A program made the translations under genes and the position numbers. Positions 37,207 through 46,078 of a DNA stretch of 64,000 nucleotides are shown piece after piece. Under the pieces are notes generated by a model. It was not told where the DNA came from and ran no database searches. It was given only the letters and a program-made list of their open reading frames with translations. Where the stretch lies: assembly GCA_014800245.1 (NCBI GenBank), contig JAAVGM010000018.1, positions 26,944-90,943 of the forward strand, read 5' to 3'. This DNA comes from Bacteroidales bacterium. GTDB lineage: Bacteria; Bacteroidota; Bacteroidia; Bacteroidales; Muribaculaceae. Numbering within the stretch: the stretch's first letter is position 1; each line of letters starts with the position of its first letter.

Positions 37207-40014
37207 TTATTTCTCCACACCTTCCATGATCACCTGTACACGGTTCTTACCGTTATAGATATTCTTCATAAATGAATTGATATCATTCACATTCAAGTTA
37301 TCTATTGCTGACTGACCGTTGGTGATGTTATCCACGCCACGGAGATAGAGTCCAAGCTGAGAGAGCCAGTAGCCGTTAGTGCGGATAGAGTTCTCATATT
37401 GCTTAGTCATCGACTCCTTAACTTTATTGAAGTTCTCGGCATTTGTTCCGTTCTGAAGAAGTTTCTCGAACTCTGCATTTGCACGAGTAATCATCTTCTC
37501 CTGCATCTCCGCATTAGTGCTGAACTGATACTGAATATTCCATTCGCCGGTGATAGGGCTGAGATAAGCGCCTGCATAGGGTGAATAAGTACCACCTTCC
37601 TCTTCACGGAGAGTTTCAAGGAATACGTTTCTGAGAAGCTGACCGATAACCTCAATCTTACGTGCATTCTCAATAGAGTAAGGGATATTAGTGTCGGTGT
37701 AAGTGTCGAATATATGAGTTGCAGGTGCCTGCATAGGCTCTTTCCATTCATCCTTCACCTGACCGGACACAATGGCGAGAGAAGTCTCTTTCTTCACCTG
37801 AGTCAATTTCTTGGGATTAGAGGGAAGAGTTGCGATATACTGCTCAAGAAGAGGCTTGAGGGTTTCCATATCTACATTGCCGACAAATACGAATGTGAAG
37901 TCGGCGGCATTTTTCATGGTGCCCTTTATGAAATCAAGAGTAGCCTGATAATTCACCTTGTCAAGATCCTCCATAGTGGGGAGATTGAACATCGGGTTGT
38001 CGCCATGAATAGTCTTATAGATGTTTCTGTTGAAAGTATATTCAGGATTAGCATCTCGAGCTGCAAGAACAGTGCGTGCATTCTCCATTGCAGCTGCGAA
38101 AGTCTTCTCATCTGCGCCAAGTTCTACAAAAGATGCATAAATAGCCTCCATTAGATACTTAAGATCCTTCACGCTTGAAGAACCATCAAGGCTGTTAGTG
38201 ATATTACCTATGCTGTAGCCAAGGCTGAGGTTTTTACCTGCAAGATACTTGCGAAGCATTGTCTGGTCGAAATTGCCAAGCTTGCTTGCCTCGTAAACAT
38301 CCTCTGCAAACATAACTATATTTGCCATTGAAGCGGGATATGCCTGCTTACCACCCTTAGAGAAGGCGTTCATCACGATCTCATCGGCCTTGAAGTCGGT
38401 GGGTTTAACCACAACTTTAACACCGTTTGAAAGAGTAAGCTCGGTTGTGCCAAATTTACCGGCTTTTTCAGAAACAATCTTACCTGCTTTGGGAAGCTTG
38501 GAGATCATCGGATCTGTTATCACCTCATCAACATACGCCTCATACTGTGCGTTGAGGATATTCTCAAGGTTGCCTACGAAGGTTTCTTCTTCAATAACCT
38601 CCATACCGTCTTTGCGAGGCTGAGCCACAACAATCACTTGATTGTCGGGAGTAAGAAGCTGAGAGGCCATCTGATTGAGCACTTGCACAGGAATCATCGG
38701 AAGAATCTGCTTTGCAAACTCATACTCCATCTCCGCTCCGGGGTGAGGAGTGTTGTCGATGAAATGACGATAAAGGAGCTCACCGAATATACCTGAGTTA
38801 GTATTGTTACGCTCATTGAAGAACTTCTCATACTGAGAAAGGATTTCATCGCGGGCACGAGTAAGCTCAGAATCTGTAAATCCGGTCTTGCAAGCACGTG
38901 CAATGATACCCATTGCATCTTCAGTGGCCTTGTTTACTCCGGTTTTTCCTACAATTGTTATATCAAAAGCATCTTTGGTCTTGGAAATCCAGAAATCACC
39001 AAATCTTACACCGGCATATACATAATTGCACTCAGGTTTCTGCTGGAATTCTGAAAGACGGTTATTGATGAGTGTTGAAATAAGATCCTGAATGAGATCC
39101 ACCTGGAAATAAAGATCTGTGTTGCGCATCTCTACCGGCATCTTGTCGCTCTTGAATGAAATCTCTACACGAGGATATTGCATCTCGGGATCATCAAAAT
39201 AAGCGAAGATCGGCTTCTCATTATCCGAAACATTGGGATAAGTTCTTTCAGCCGCATTCTCAGGCATCGGAATCTGTGAGAAGAGAGCCACTACCTTCTT
39301 CTCCATCTCATCAGCATCAAAATCGCCGACGATCACGATACCCTGCTGATCCGGACGATACCATTTCTTATAGTAATTACGGATCTCAGAGTAAGGGAAG
39401 TTGCGAATGATATCGATCTTACCGATCACAGGCTGCTGATACTGATATTCGCTGTAGATCTTCGGGAGGATACTTTCGAGCATACGGAAATTAGCATCAT
39501 TTCTCGAACGCCATTCCTCCTCGATCACACCACGCTCTGCATCGATCTCTGCATCCTCAAGAAGGATTCCGCAGCTCCAATCACGAAGAGCGAGAAGCAC
39601 ACTATCCATAAGAGCCTTGTCGTTGGTGGAGACATTGTCTATGTTATAGACAGTCTCATCATAGTAAGTATATGCATTGATATCTGCACCGAAACGGATT
39701 CCCTTCGACTGGAGATAATTGAGCATATTCTTTCCGGGGAAATTTGTGGTTCCATTGAACGCCATGTGCTCAAGGAAGTGAGCCAAACCAAGCTGGGTGG
39801 GTTCCTCAAGAGTGGAGCCTACCTTCTGTGCGATATAGAAGTTGGCACGATCCTTGGGGTGTTCATTATGAAGGATGTAATAAGTGAGGCCATTATCAAG
39901 CTTACCGCTTTTCACTGCCGGATCCAACGGCAATTGCTGCGGCTGGGGCATCTGGGCACTCATGCAAAGCGTTGTCAATAGAAACATCGCTAAGCCTAAA
40001 GCTTTCCTGATCAT
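37207..40014 (-). CDS. M16 (insulinase/PqqL-like) zinc peptidase, exported
   Basis: Signal peptide; inverted zinc motif HFLEH; ERGVIEEE; LREEEGGTY. Confidence 0.93.
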   Translation of the reverse strand: MIRKALGLAMFLLTTLCMSAQMPQPQQLPLDPAVKSGKLDNGLTYYILHNEHPKDRANFYIAQKVGSTLEEPTQLGLAHFLEHMAFNGTTNFPGKNMLNYLQSKGIRFGADINAYTYYDETVYNIDNVSTNDKALMDSVLLALRDWSCGILLEDAEIDAERGVIEEEWRSRNDANFRMLESILPKIYSEYQYQQPVIGKIDIIRNFPYSEIRNYYKKWYRPDQQGIVIVGDFDADEMEKKVVALFSQIPMPENAAERTYPNVSDNEKPIFAYFDDPEMQYPRVEISFKSDKMPVEMRNTDLYFQVDLIQDLISTLINNRLSEFQQKPECNYVYAGVRFGDFWISKTKDAFDITIVGKTGVNKATEDAMGIIARACKTGFTDSELTRARDEILSQYEKFFNERNNTNSGIFGELLYRHFIDNTPHPGAEMEYEFAKQILPMIPVQVLNQMASQLLTPDNQVIVVAQPRKDGMEVIEEETFVGNLENILNAQYEAYVDEVITDPMISKLPKAGKIVSEKAGKFGTTELTLSNGVKVVVKPTDFKADEIVMNAFSKGGKQAYPASMANIVMFAEDVYEASKLGNFDQTMLRKYLAGKNLSLGYSIGNITNSLDGSSSVKDLKYLMEAIYASFVELGADEKTFAAAMENARTVLAARDANPEYTFNRNIYKTIHGDNPMFNLPTMEDLDKVNYQATLDFIKGTMKNAADFTFVFVGNVDMETLKPLLEQYIATLPSNPKKLTQVKKETSLAIVSGQVKDEWKEPMQAPATHIFDTYTDTNIPYSIENARKIEVIGQLLRNVFLETLREEEGGTYSPYAGAYLSPITGEWNIQYQFSTNAEMQEKMITRANAEFEKLLQNGTNAENFNKVKESMTKQYENSIRTNGYWLSQLGLYLRGVDNITNGQSAIDNLNVNDINSFMKNIYNGKNRVQVIMEGVEK

Positions 40015-40120
40015 AAACTGTTAGTTTTTTAATTAATATTATGGTTATATATTATTTCCGGATTTGAAAACTTATTTCTTTTTTCTTCTATAAGAAGTAT
40101 GATCCAACCAATTCTTATAT

Positions 40121-40178
40121 TTAGACGCTATTCGCTCTAAATTGTTACAAATTTAATCTATTTTTTAAACTATACAAA
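40121..40178 (-). promoter_or_regulatory. Tandem housekeeping and ECF-type promoters of the M16 gene
   Basis: Minus strand TTTG-N19-TAAATTTG (40178-40148) abutting TGTAAC-N16-CGTCTAA (40149-40121). Confidence 0.55.
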
Positions 40179-40220
40179 ATTTAATCACCTTTTTAGAGAT
40201 ATAAATAACTAAAATATGCT

Positions 40221-40793
40221 TTAAATCACACCATTCATCAAGGCATAAAGCGATAAACCTGATACCGACTTGATTCCAAGTTTTGAAGAAATATTTTTCC
40301 GATGTGTTATGACGGTGTTGACGGAGATAGAAAGTCGATCGGCAATCTCTTTATTGGTCTTGCCGGACGCCAACTCTTTCAACACCTCTTTTTCACGACC
40401 TGACAACTCTCCCGTAATCTCTCCCTTCCCGGATGGCTCTTCCATCAGACCGCTCAAAATCTCACGAATCTCTTCTTCCGACGAATCTCTGTATAAAGAC
40501 CTCGGTCCGGCCTGCGAAGAATTTGTATTCTCATCGCTGCTCAGATCTCTTTTCTCAGAATATAGCACTACTGTTCTGTTTTTTCTCGGTATAAAGAAAT
40601 CAGTATGCAATGCAAACACCGACACGCTCACAATAAAGATATCTGTTGATTCGTAGTCCTTTAAATGATTGGAGAAAGATGAATATGCAGTGAATAAAAC
40701 TTCATCTATATCTTTTACAGGCTGCCCTTCTATCAACGCCTTCATTCCGATAGTCTCCAGAGTTGACAATCCTATTATAGCAATTCTTGGCAT
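40221..40793 (-). CDS. LuxR-family transcriptional regulator (CdhR-like)
   Basis: C-terminal HTH LSGREKEVL...GKTNKEIADRLSISVNTVITHRKNI; degenerate receiver-like N-terminal domain. Confidence 0.88.
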   Translation of the reverse strand: MPRIAIIGLSTLETIGMKALIEGQPVKDIDEVLFTAYSSFSNHLKDYESTDIFIVSVSVFALHTDFFIPRKNRTVVLYSEKRDLSSDENTNSSQAGPRSLYRDSSEEEIREILSGLMEEPSGKGEITGELSGREKEVLKELASGKTNKEIADRLSISVNTVITHRKNISSKLGIKSVSGLSLYALMNGVI

Positions 40794-41455
40794 AACGGTT
40801 TTAATATACGGTCGCGGATACGATTATTCTGCTTCACATCTTTTTCAAGGGTGACTAAGGCAGAGACAACGGCTACACATAGATTCTGATCATAGTCTCC
40901 GCGTAGATGAATCACAAAGAAATTTATAAGATCGCTCAATTTCTCCTCAAGCAGGTGATTATCGTAAGGCTTGCGGATATCTGCTGCGACATGACTCAGA
41001 CCATCACCATTCCGAAGCAATGGAAACCAGATTGAGAGATCCGTGTTTATCACTCCTATCATCTCCTCCTTTACCTCTGTAAAGAATTGTTTAAGAAGGA
41101 ATAAATTTGAACGCTCATCTTTTACCTCGCTTTTCGAGAGCAGGAGTGAGAAGTGACGCTCTATATTAGGAAGAAGAATGCCACTATAGTATCTGTCGGT
41201 CTTTTCAAGATAATCAAGCAATCCATCCTGGAGATTCACTCTCCCTTCTATCCCCTCAGGGAAATAGTTTCTATTAAGATAGGTGTTTATTATTGCTAAA
41301 AAGAGATTCTCTTCGATGTTATGCTCCTCGCATATCCCCTTGATTGTGGCATCTCCTACTCCCAAATAGATATCAAATCTATTCACCACTTGAATCACCG
41401 AGGGATCGTATAGAATCACATCGCTCAGTTTTGAATCTTTGCTATATACAGGCAT
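40775..41455 (-). CDS. ScdA/RIC-hemerythrin-like protein lacking most metal ligands
   Basis: N-terminal RF.I.LG.GD.TI..IC..H.I domain plus helical-bundle pattern (DYL.KT...Y....LP.I; WFP; H..EEKLSDL); overlaps the LuxR start by 19 nt. Confidence 0.7.
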   Translation of the reverse strand: MPVYSKDSKLSDVILYDPSVIQVVNRFDIYLGVGDATIKGICEEHNIEENLFLAIINTYLNRNYFPEGIEGRVNLQDGLLDYLEKTDRYYSGILLPNIERHFSLLLSKSEVKDERSNLFLLKQFFTEVKEEMIGVINTDLSIWFPLLRNGDGLSHVAADIRKPYDNHLLEEKLSDLINFFVIHLRGDYDQNLCVAVVSALVTLEKDVKQNNRIRDRILKPLCQELL

Positions 41456-41466
41456 ATGTTGTTTGT

Positions 41467-41520
41467 TAAGGTTATAAGGTTTAGGGTTATAAGGTTATAG
41501 GGTTATAAGATTTATGGTTA
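41467..41520. repeat. Imperfect tandem repeat, 7 x TA(A/G)GGTT(A)
   Basis: TAAGGTTA TAAGGTT TAGGGTTA TAAGGTTA TAGGGTTA TAAGATT TATGGTTA. Confidence 0.9.
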
Positions 41521-41526
41521 TTATTA

Positions 41527-41559
41527 TGCCCCGAACTCCCTTTCATGGAATTCGGGGCA
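41527..41559 (-). other. GC-rich intergenic RNA hairpin without U-tract
   Basis: Minus strand TGCCCCGAATTCC...GGAGTTCGGGGCA; the G.U pair forms only on the mRNA (minus) strand. Confidence 0.7.
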
Positions 41560-41590
41560 ATAACATTAACGGGATGATCAAACATGGAGC

Positions 41591-42136
41591 TTATTTAAAC
41601 CTAAGCACTGTCTTCTGCGTGATCACCATATCCATCTTGACATCGTGGGGTTCTGCCGGAATCTCATCAACAATCTGAAATTCATATCCGATTCCTACCT
41701 TTGTGGCAGCCGTATTGGAGAGCAATCTGTCATAGAATCCCTTCCCTCTTCCAAGCCTGTTACCGGCACGGTCGTATGCCACAGCAGGAACGATCACAAG
41801 TTCAATTTCATCAGGAGAGACTGTGTTCTCTCCTGTCGGCTCCTCGATATGGAACGCCCCTAATTCCAGTCTTGACTCATCGTATGGAAGAATCTCAAGA
41901 TTCACCCCATTCACTCTCGGAAGGAAGAAACTCTTTCTCCCATGCCATTTGTCAAGGAAACGATGAGTTGAAAGCTCGTCGGGGAGAGAATGATACATCA
42001 ATATTCTGTCGGCGAGCAGGAATGCCGCCGTCTGCTCCAACTGCTCGAACACTTCATCAGCAGCACTCATCTTCTCGGCTTCAAGAAGCATTGAGCGCAT
42101 AGCCTTTATTTTCCTTCTTATTTCGCTCTTTTCCAT
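41591..42136 (-). CDS. 5-formyltetrahydrofolate cyclo-ligase
   Basis: LPRV, VIVPAVAYD, RLGRGKGFYDR, EPHD. Confidence 0.95.
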   Translation of the reverse strand: MEKSEIRRKIKAMRSMLLEAEKMSAADEVFEQLEQTAAFLLADRILMYHSLPDELSTHRFLDKWHGRKSFFLPRVNGVNLEILPYDESRLELGAFHIEEPTGENTVSPDEIELVIVPAVAYDRAGNRLGRGKGFYDRLLSNTAATKVGIGYEFQIVDEIPAEPHDVKMDMVITQKTVLRFK

Positions 42137-42173
42137 AGTAGTATAATTAATTTAAAGTCTCAAATCAGAGCTG

Positions 42174-43790
42174 TTATTTCTTGAGCATCTCCTTGCTCTT
42201 CCCTGTGGATAAAATATCCTGTGCTTTCTTCACTGTTATATCCTTTTCATTAAGAATCTCAATGAATGCATTATATCCTATCAAGTCTCTTGCAAGAACC
42301 GCCCTTATCTGATTTAACAATAAATCCCGTGATTGGTTGATATAATACCATCTTGCAGGGAGACCCTGAGTTGCCGCCCAATCCACAAAGAGATTAAGCA
42401 ACGAATCCTCGCGAGGCACGATTCTATTCATAGCTGCAATGGTCTTCTCTTTCATATGCGGACGATATTTCTCTGCCATCTGATTGCAGAATTTTTGTAT
42501 CAACCCTTTGTTGACCGCATCAATATAATAGGATGTATAGCCGGTGGTATCTTCGGGGACAAACAGATCGGGCATGATCCCTCCGCCTCCATATACCACT
42601 CGTCCTCCTACGGTGTTGAATTTCTTGGATTGGTCGAACTTAATGCTATCCTGAGAATAGAATTCACCATGGTTGTAACGATCCACTATATCCAGCTCAT
42701 ATTTACCATCGCGTCCTCTGCTATATTCCTTCTGGATTGATCGTCCGGATGGGGTGTAATAACGAGCCACTGTCAAACGAATTGCCGAACTGTCGGGGAG
42801 CTCAGTTTGGTTCTGCACAAGCCCTTTGCCGAAAGAACGACGGCCGATCACAACACCACGGTCGTTATCCTGCATCGCACCCGCAAAAATTTCGGAGGCT
42901 GATGCAGAGAATTCATTTGTGAGCACTGTCACATCCGCATCCTGATATCCGCCATTGCCGTCGCTCACTGCGATTGTTTCATTCTCCGGAGTTCGCCCCT
43001 TGGTATAGACTATCATCTTCCCGGCCGGGAGGAATTCATTAGCCATATAAATAGCCTGATCCATATATCCTCCGGAGTTATTCCTTAAATCTACAATGTA
43101 GTTCTTGGCTCCTTTACTCTCCAGAGATTTAAGAGCATTCAGAAATTCGGAATATGTGGTGCGTGCAAACTTGCTTACCTTTATATAGCCCGTACTATCT
43201 GACAACATATAAGAAGCATCTACACTATTGGATGGAATCTCTCCCCTCGTCACATCAAACTCAAGAAGGTTTTTACTATTAGACCGCTTCACCTTGATCT
43301 TCACTTCCGTACCCTCTTTTCCGCGCAATGTGGAGAAGACATCTTCATTGGAGACCTTATTTCCGCTCAACTGCTTTCCTGCCGCCTCAATGATTTTGTC
43401 GCCGGGAAGCAATCCCACTTTCTCTGCCGGACCGCCGGATACCACCTCAATGACATTGACTGTGTCGTTGATGATCTGGAATGAAACTCCCACACCTCCG
43501 AACGAACCTTCAAGTTCATCGTTAGTCTGAGTAAGATCCGAAGCCGGAATATAGGCCGAATGAGGGTCGAGCGACATCAAAAGATCCGGAATCGAAGCCT
43601 CAAGCAACGAATCCACATTAATCTCATCGACATATTGCGTCTGGATAAGGTCGAGAATTGTCTGGAATTTCTCCTGTGCAGGGGAAATCCTTCGCTGTTC
43701 CACAAACTTTCCAATAAATATTCCTCCGATGATGCCCGCACATAACACCAATGGCATCACCACATATACTATGTTTCTTTTTTCTCTCAT
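42174..43790 (-). CDS. C-terminal processing peptidase (S41, CtpA/Prc-like) with PDZ domain
   Basis: LDPHSAY, GGPAEKVG, DLRNN.GG, SASASEI, SFGKGLVQ, YYTPSGRSIQ. Confidence 0.95.
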   Translation of the reverse strand: MREKRNIVYVVMPLVLCAGIIGGIFIGKFVEQRRISPAQEKFQTILDLIQTQYVDEINVDSLLEASIPDLLMSLDPHSAYIPASDLTQTNDELEGSFGGVGVSFQIINDTVNVIEVVSGGPAEKVGLLPGDKIIEAAGKQLSGNKVSNEDVFSTLRGKEGTEVKIKVKRSNSKNLLEFDVTRGEIPSNSVDASYMLSDSTGYIKVSKFARTTYSEFLNALKSLESKGAKNYIVDLRNNSGGYMDQAIYMANEFLPAGKMIVYTKGRTPENETIAVSDGNGGYQDADVTVLTNEFSASASEIFAGAMQDNDRGVVIGRRSFGKGLVQNQTELPDSSAIRLTVARYYTPSGRSIQKEYSRGRDGKYELDIVDRYNHGEFYSQDSIKFDQSKKFNTVGGRVVYGGGGIMPDLFVPEDTTGYTSYYIDAVNKGLIQKFCNQMAEKYRPHMKEKTIAAMNRIVPREDSLLNLFVDWAATQGLPARWYYINQSRDLLLNQIRAVLARDLIGYNAFIEILNEKDITVKKAQDILSTGKSKEMLKK

Positions 43791-43865
43791 CTCTTATGAG
43801 GCTTTTTATAAATCAAGCTACTCAAACAAGCAACATTCATTACTTCCGACTCTGCAATCGCCTGA

Positions 43866-44294
43866 TCAATCAAGAGGAAGATGCACAGTCTCCACTCCCG
43901 CCTGACGCAGAAGATCGAGTCCGTCAGTGATCCTGTAAAGTTCGGAGAAGACCACCCTTTTTATCCCGGCCTGAATAATCAGTTTGGAACATTCCATGCA
44001 TGGACTTGCCGTGACATATAGGGTGCTCCCCTCACTTGAATTATTGCTTCGAGCCACCTTTGTTATAGCATTGGCCTCGGCGTGAAGAACATATGGGAAA
44101 GTCACCCCCTCTGCCGACTCGCATATATTTGGAAATCCGGAGGGTGTGCCGTTAAAGCCATCTGATATAATCATTTTGTCTTTCACTATCAATGCTCCGA
44201 CCTTTCGGCGCACGCAGTAGGAATTCTCACTCCATATCGACGCCATCCGAAGATATCGGTAGTCGAGCAGACGTTGCTTATCAACTTTCTCCAT
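43866..44294 (-). CDS. dCMP deaminase
   Basis: HAEANAI and PCMEC zinc motifs; start moved to ATG 44294. Confidence 0.93.
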   Translation of the reverse strand: MEKVDKQRLLDYRYLRMASIWSENSYCVRRKVGALIVKDKMIISDGFNGTPSGFPNICESAEGVTFPYVLHAEANAITKVARSNNSSEGSTLYVTASPCMECSKLIIQAGIKRVVFSELYRITDGLDLLRQAGVETVHLPLD

Positions 44295-44319
44295 AGTTCT
44301 TGTTATTCGTATTATTATA

Positions 44320-45267
44320 TTAAAGTTCCTCTTTATCGAGAAGGAATCTTTCTGCATCTATTGCAGCTCGGCAACCTGTTCCTGCCGCACTTACGGCCTG
44401 ACGATAGATAGGATCCGCACAATCGCCGGCTGCAAACACACCGGGAACATTGGTCTTGGTGGTCGGAGCTGCAACTACAATGTAACCCTCAGCATCCAAT
44501 TCTATCTGTCCACGGAAAATCTCGGTATTCGGACGATGCCCGATTGCAAGGAAGAAACCATCAACAGCAACATCGAAACGCTCCTCCTTTTCACTGCCAA
44601 GATGGCGCACTACATGCACTCCTTCCACTCCATCTTCTCCATACAAGCCTTCTGCATTGCAATTGAAGAGAATCTCAATATTCTCTTTCTCCATGACACG
44701 ACGACGCATCACATCGGAAGCACGGAGATAATCTTTTCTCACAATCATATAGACCTTCTCTGCCAATGATGAAAGATAGAGAGCTTCCTCGCAAGCAGTG
44801 TCGCCTCCACCTACCACTGCCACTTTCTTCTTGCGATAGAAGAAACCGTCGCATGTGGCGCACGCGCTCACTCCTAATCCTCTATACTTCTCTTCATCGT
44901 CCAATCCAAGATATTTAGCGGATGCTCCTGTGGAAATGATTACGGTTTCAGCCTCTATCACTTCTCCACGTTCGTCCTCACATCTGAACGGACGCTTGGA
45001 GAAATCAACTTTCGCTATCTTGCGTGATTTTATTTCTGCTCCGAAACGCTGAGCCTGCTCTCTGAGATGTGACATCATTTCGTTGCCGTCAACTCCCTGC
45101 GGATAGCCGGGGAAGTTCTCAATCTCCGTGGTTTGGGTGAGCTGTCCGCCCGGCTGATCGCCTTCATAAATCACCGGTGAGAGATTTGCTCTACCGGCAT
45201 AAATTCCGGCGGTGTATCCGGCAGGTCCGGATCCTATTATCAAAACTTTTACTAAGTTCTCTTTCAT
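44320..45267 (-). CDS. trxB: Thioredoxin reductase
   Basis: GSGPAG, GGQL, CATCD, GGGDTA, FAAGD. Confidence 0.97.
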   Translation of the reverse strand: MKENLVKVLIIGSGPAGYTAGIYAGRANLSPVIYEGDQPGGQLTQTTEIENFPGYPQGVDGNEMMSHLREQAQRFGAEIKSRKIAKVDFSKRPFRCEDERGEVIEAETVIISTGASAKYLGLDDEEKYRGLGVSACATCDGFFYRKKKVAVVGGGDTACEEALYLSSLAEKVYMIVRKDYLRASDVMRRRVMEKENIEILFNCNAEGLYGEDGVEGVHVVRHLGSEKEERFDVAVDGFFLAIGHRPNTEIFRGQIELDAEGYIVVAAPTTKTNVPGVFAAGDCADPIYRQAVSAAGTGCRAAIDAERFLLDKEEL

Positions 45268-45393
45268 AGTTATTTAGATTCTTCTTTATAAAATTTAAAT
45301 TATTGTCTTTCTTTTATAACAAAGTAAAACAACTTTTTATCATCTATATTACCCAACCATCACATTTATATCCCGTTATCTCAATTCTTCCCA

Positions 45394-46020
45394 TTATCTT
45401 AAATCCACGATATTTACATTCGGAAATCGCGATTTCGGATAGTTGAATGTCGAAGAGCCTATGGAAGCTGCAAAGTTAAGCTTGGTTATAGTCAAGGTTG
45501 CAACGCTTCCATCCTGAGAAGTGATAATGAATTTCTCAGGAGCCAAAGTCTTTGCATTCAAGAAGACTGTGATTTTCTTGGCAGGAGCTTTTCGGCTCTT
45601 TGAATTTAGATCTATAATGTATTTCCCGGCCTGATTATTCTTTGAGAAAACAGGGGTGAAATACTGATTATATTGATTCAGATACAGCAATGGATTCACC
45701 TCAGCCAACTCGGAAGCAGAAGGAAGCATAACCGTTGTCTCCTTAGATGAAGGATTGTAGGTGTATAGCTCTTTTCCATTATACCAAGTCTCCATCCCCC
45801 CTGCCTTAACATAGAATTTGGAGCCGACAGATTTCAACACTCCCTGTAGAGATTGCCCTTTGCTCGAAAGTGAATAAGAGGCATCCACCCCCTTGGCCCC
45901 TCTCACCTTTCCGGCAGCCTTGGAAAGAATATCCTGTGGCGTTGAGGCGCAGAAGACTTCTGTTGAGAAGATCGCGCCAAAAACCAAGACAAAGACGGTA
46001 ATTATATTGCGTAATTTCAT
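45394..46020 (-). CDS. lolA: LolA-like outer-membrane lipoprotein carrier
   Basis: Signal peptide; WYNGK..Y.Y, NP motif, C-terminal IVDLR; directly after ftsK. Confidence 0.75.
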   Translation of the reverse strand: MKLRNIITVFVLVFGAIFSTEVFCASTPQDILSKAAGKVRGAKGVDASYSLSSKGQSLQGVLKSVGSKFYVKAGGMETWYNGKELYTYNPSSKETTVMLPSASELAEVNPLLYLNQYNQYFTPVFSKNNQAGKYIIDLNSKSRKAPAKKITVFLNAKTLAPEKFIITSQDGSVATLTITKLNFAASIGSSTFNYPKSRFPNVNIVDLR

Positions 46021-46078
46021 TTCTCTTAGAATTTTATTAATAAAAAATTCCTCAACTTAATTTATTTGATTCATAGGA

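Noticed and set aside
41467-41520. CRISPR array or true telomeric sequence
   Set aside because: Units are 7-8 bp with no spacers, there are no cas genes, and the context is internal bacterial chromosome.
42137-42173. 6S RNA upstream of the 5-formyl-THF cyclo-ligase gene, as in proteobacteria
   Set aside because: The gap is only 37 nt.
9837-45267. Redox island (trxA, sod, rubrerythrin, hemerythrin-like gene, trxB)
   Set aside because: The genes are dispersed among unrelated housekeeping operons, and I found no convincing shared upstream motif.
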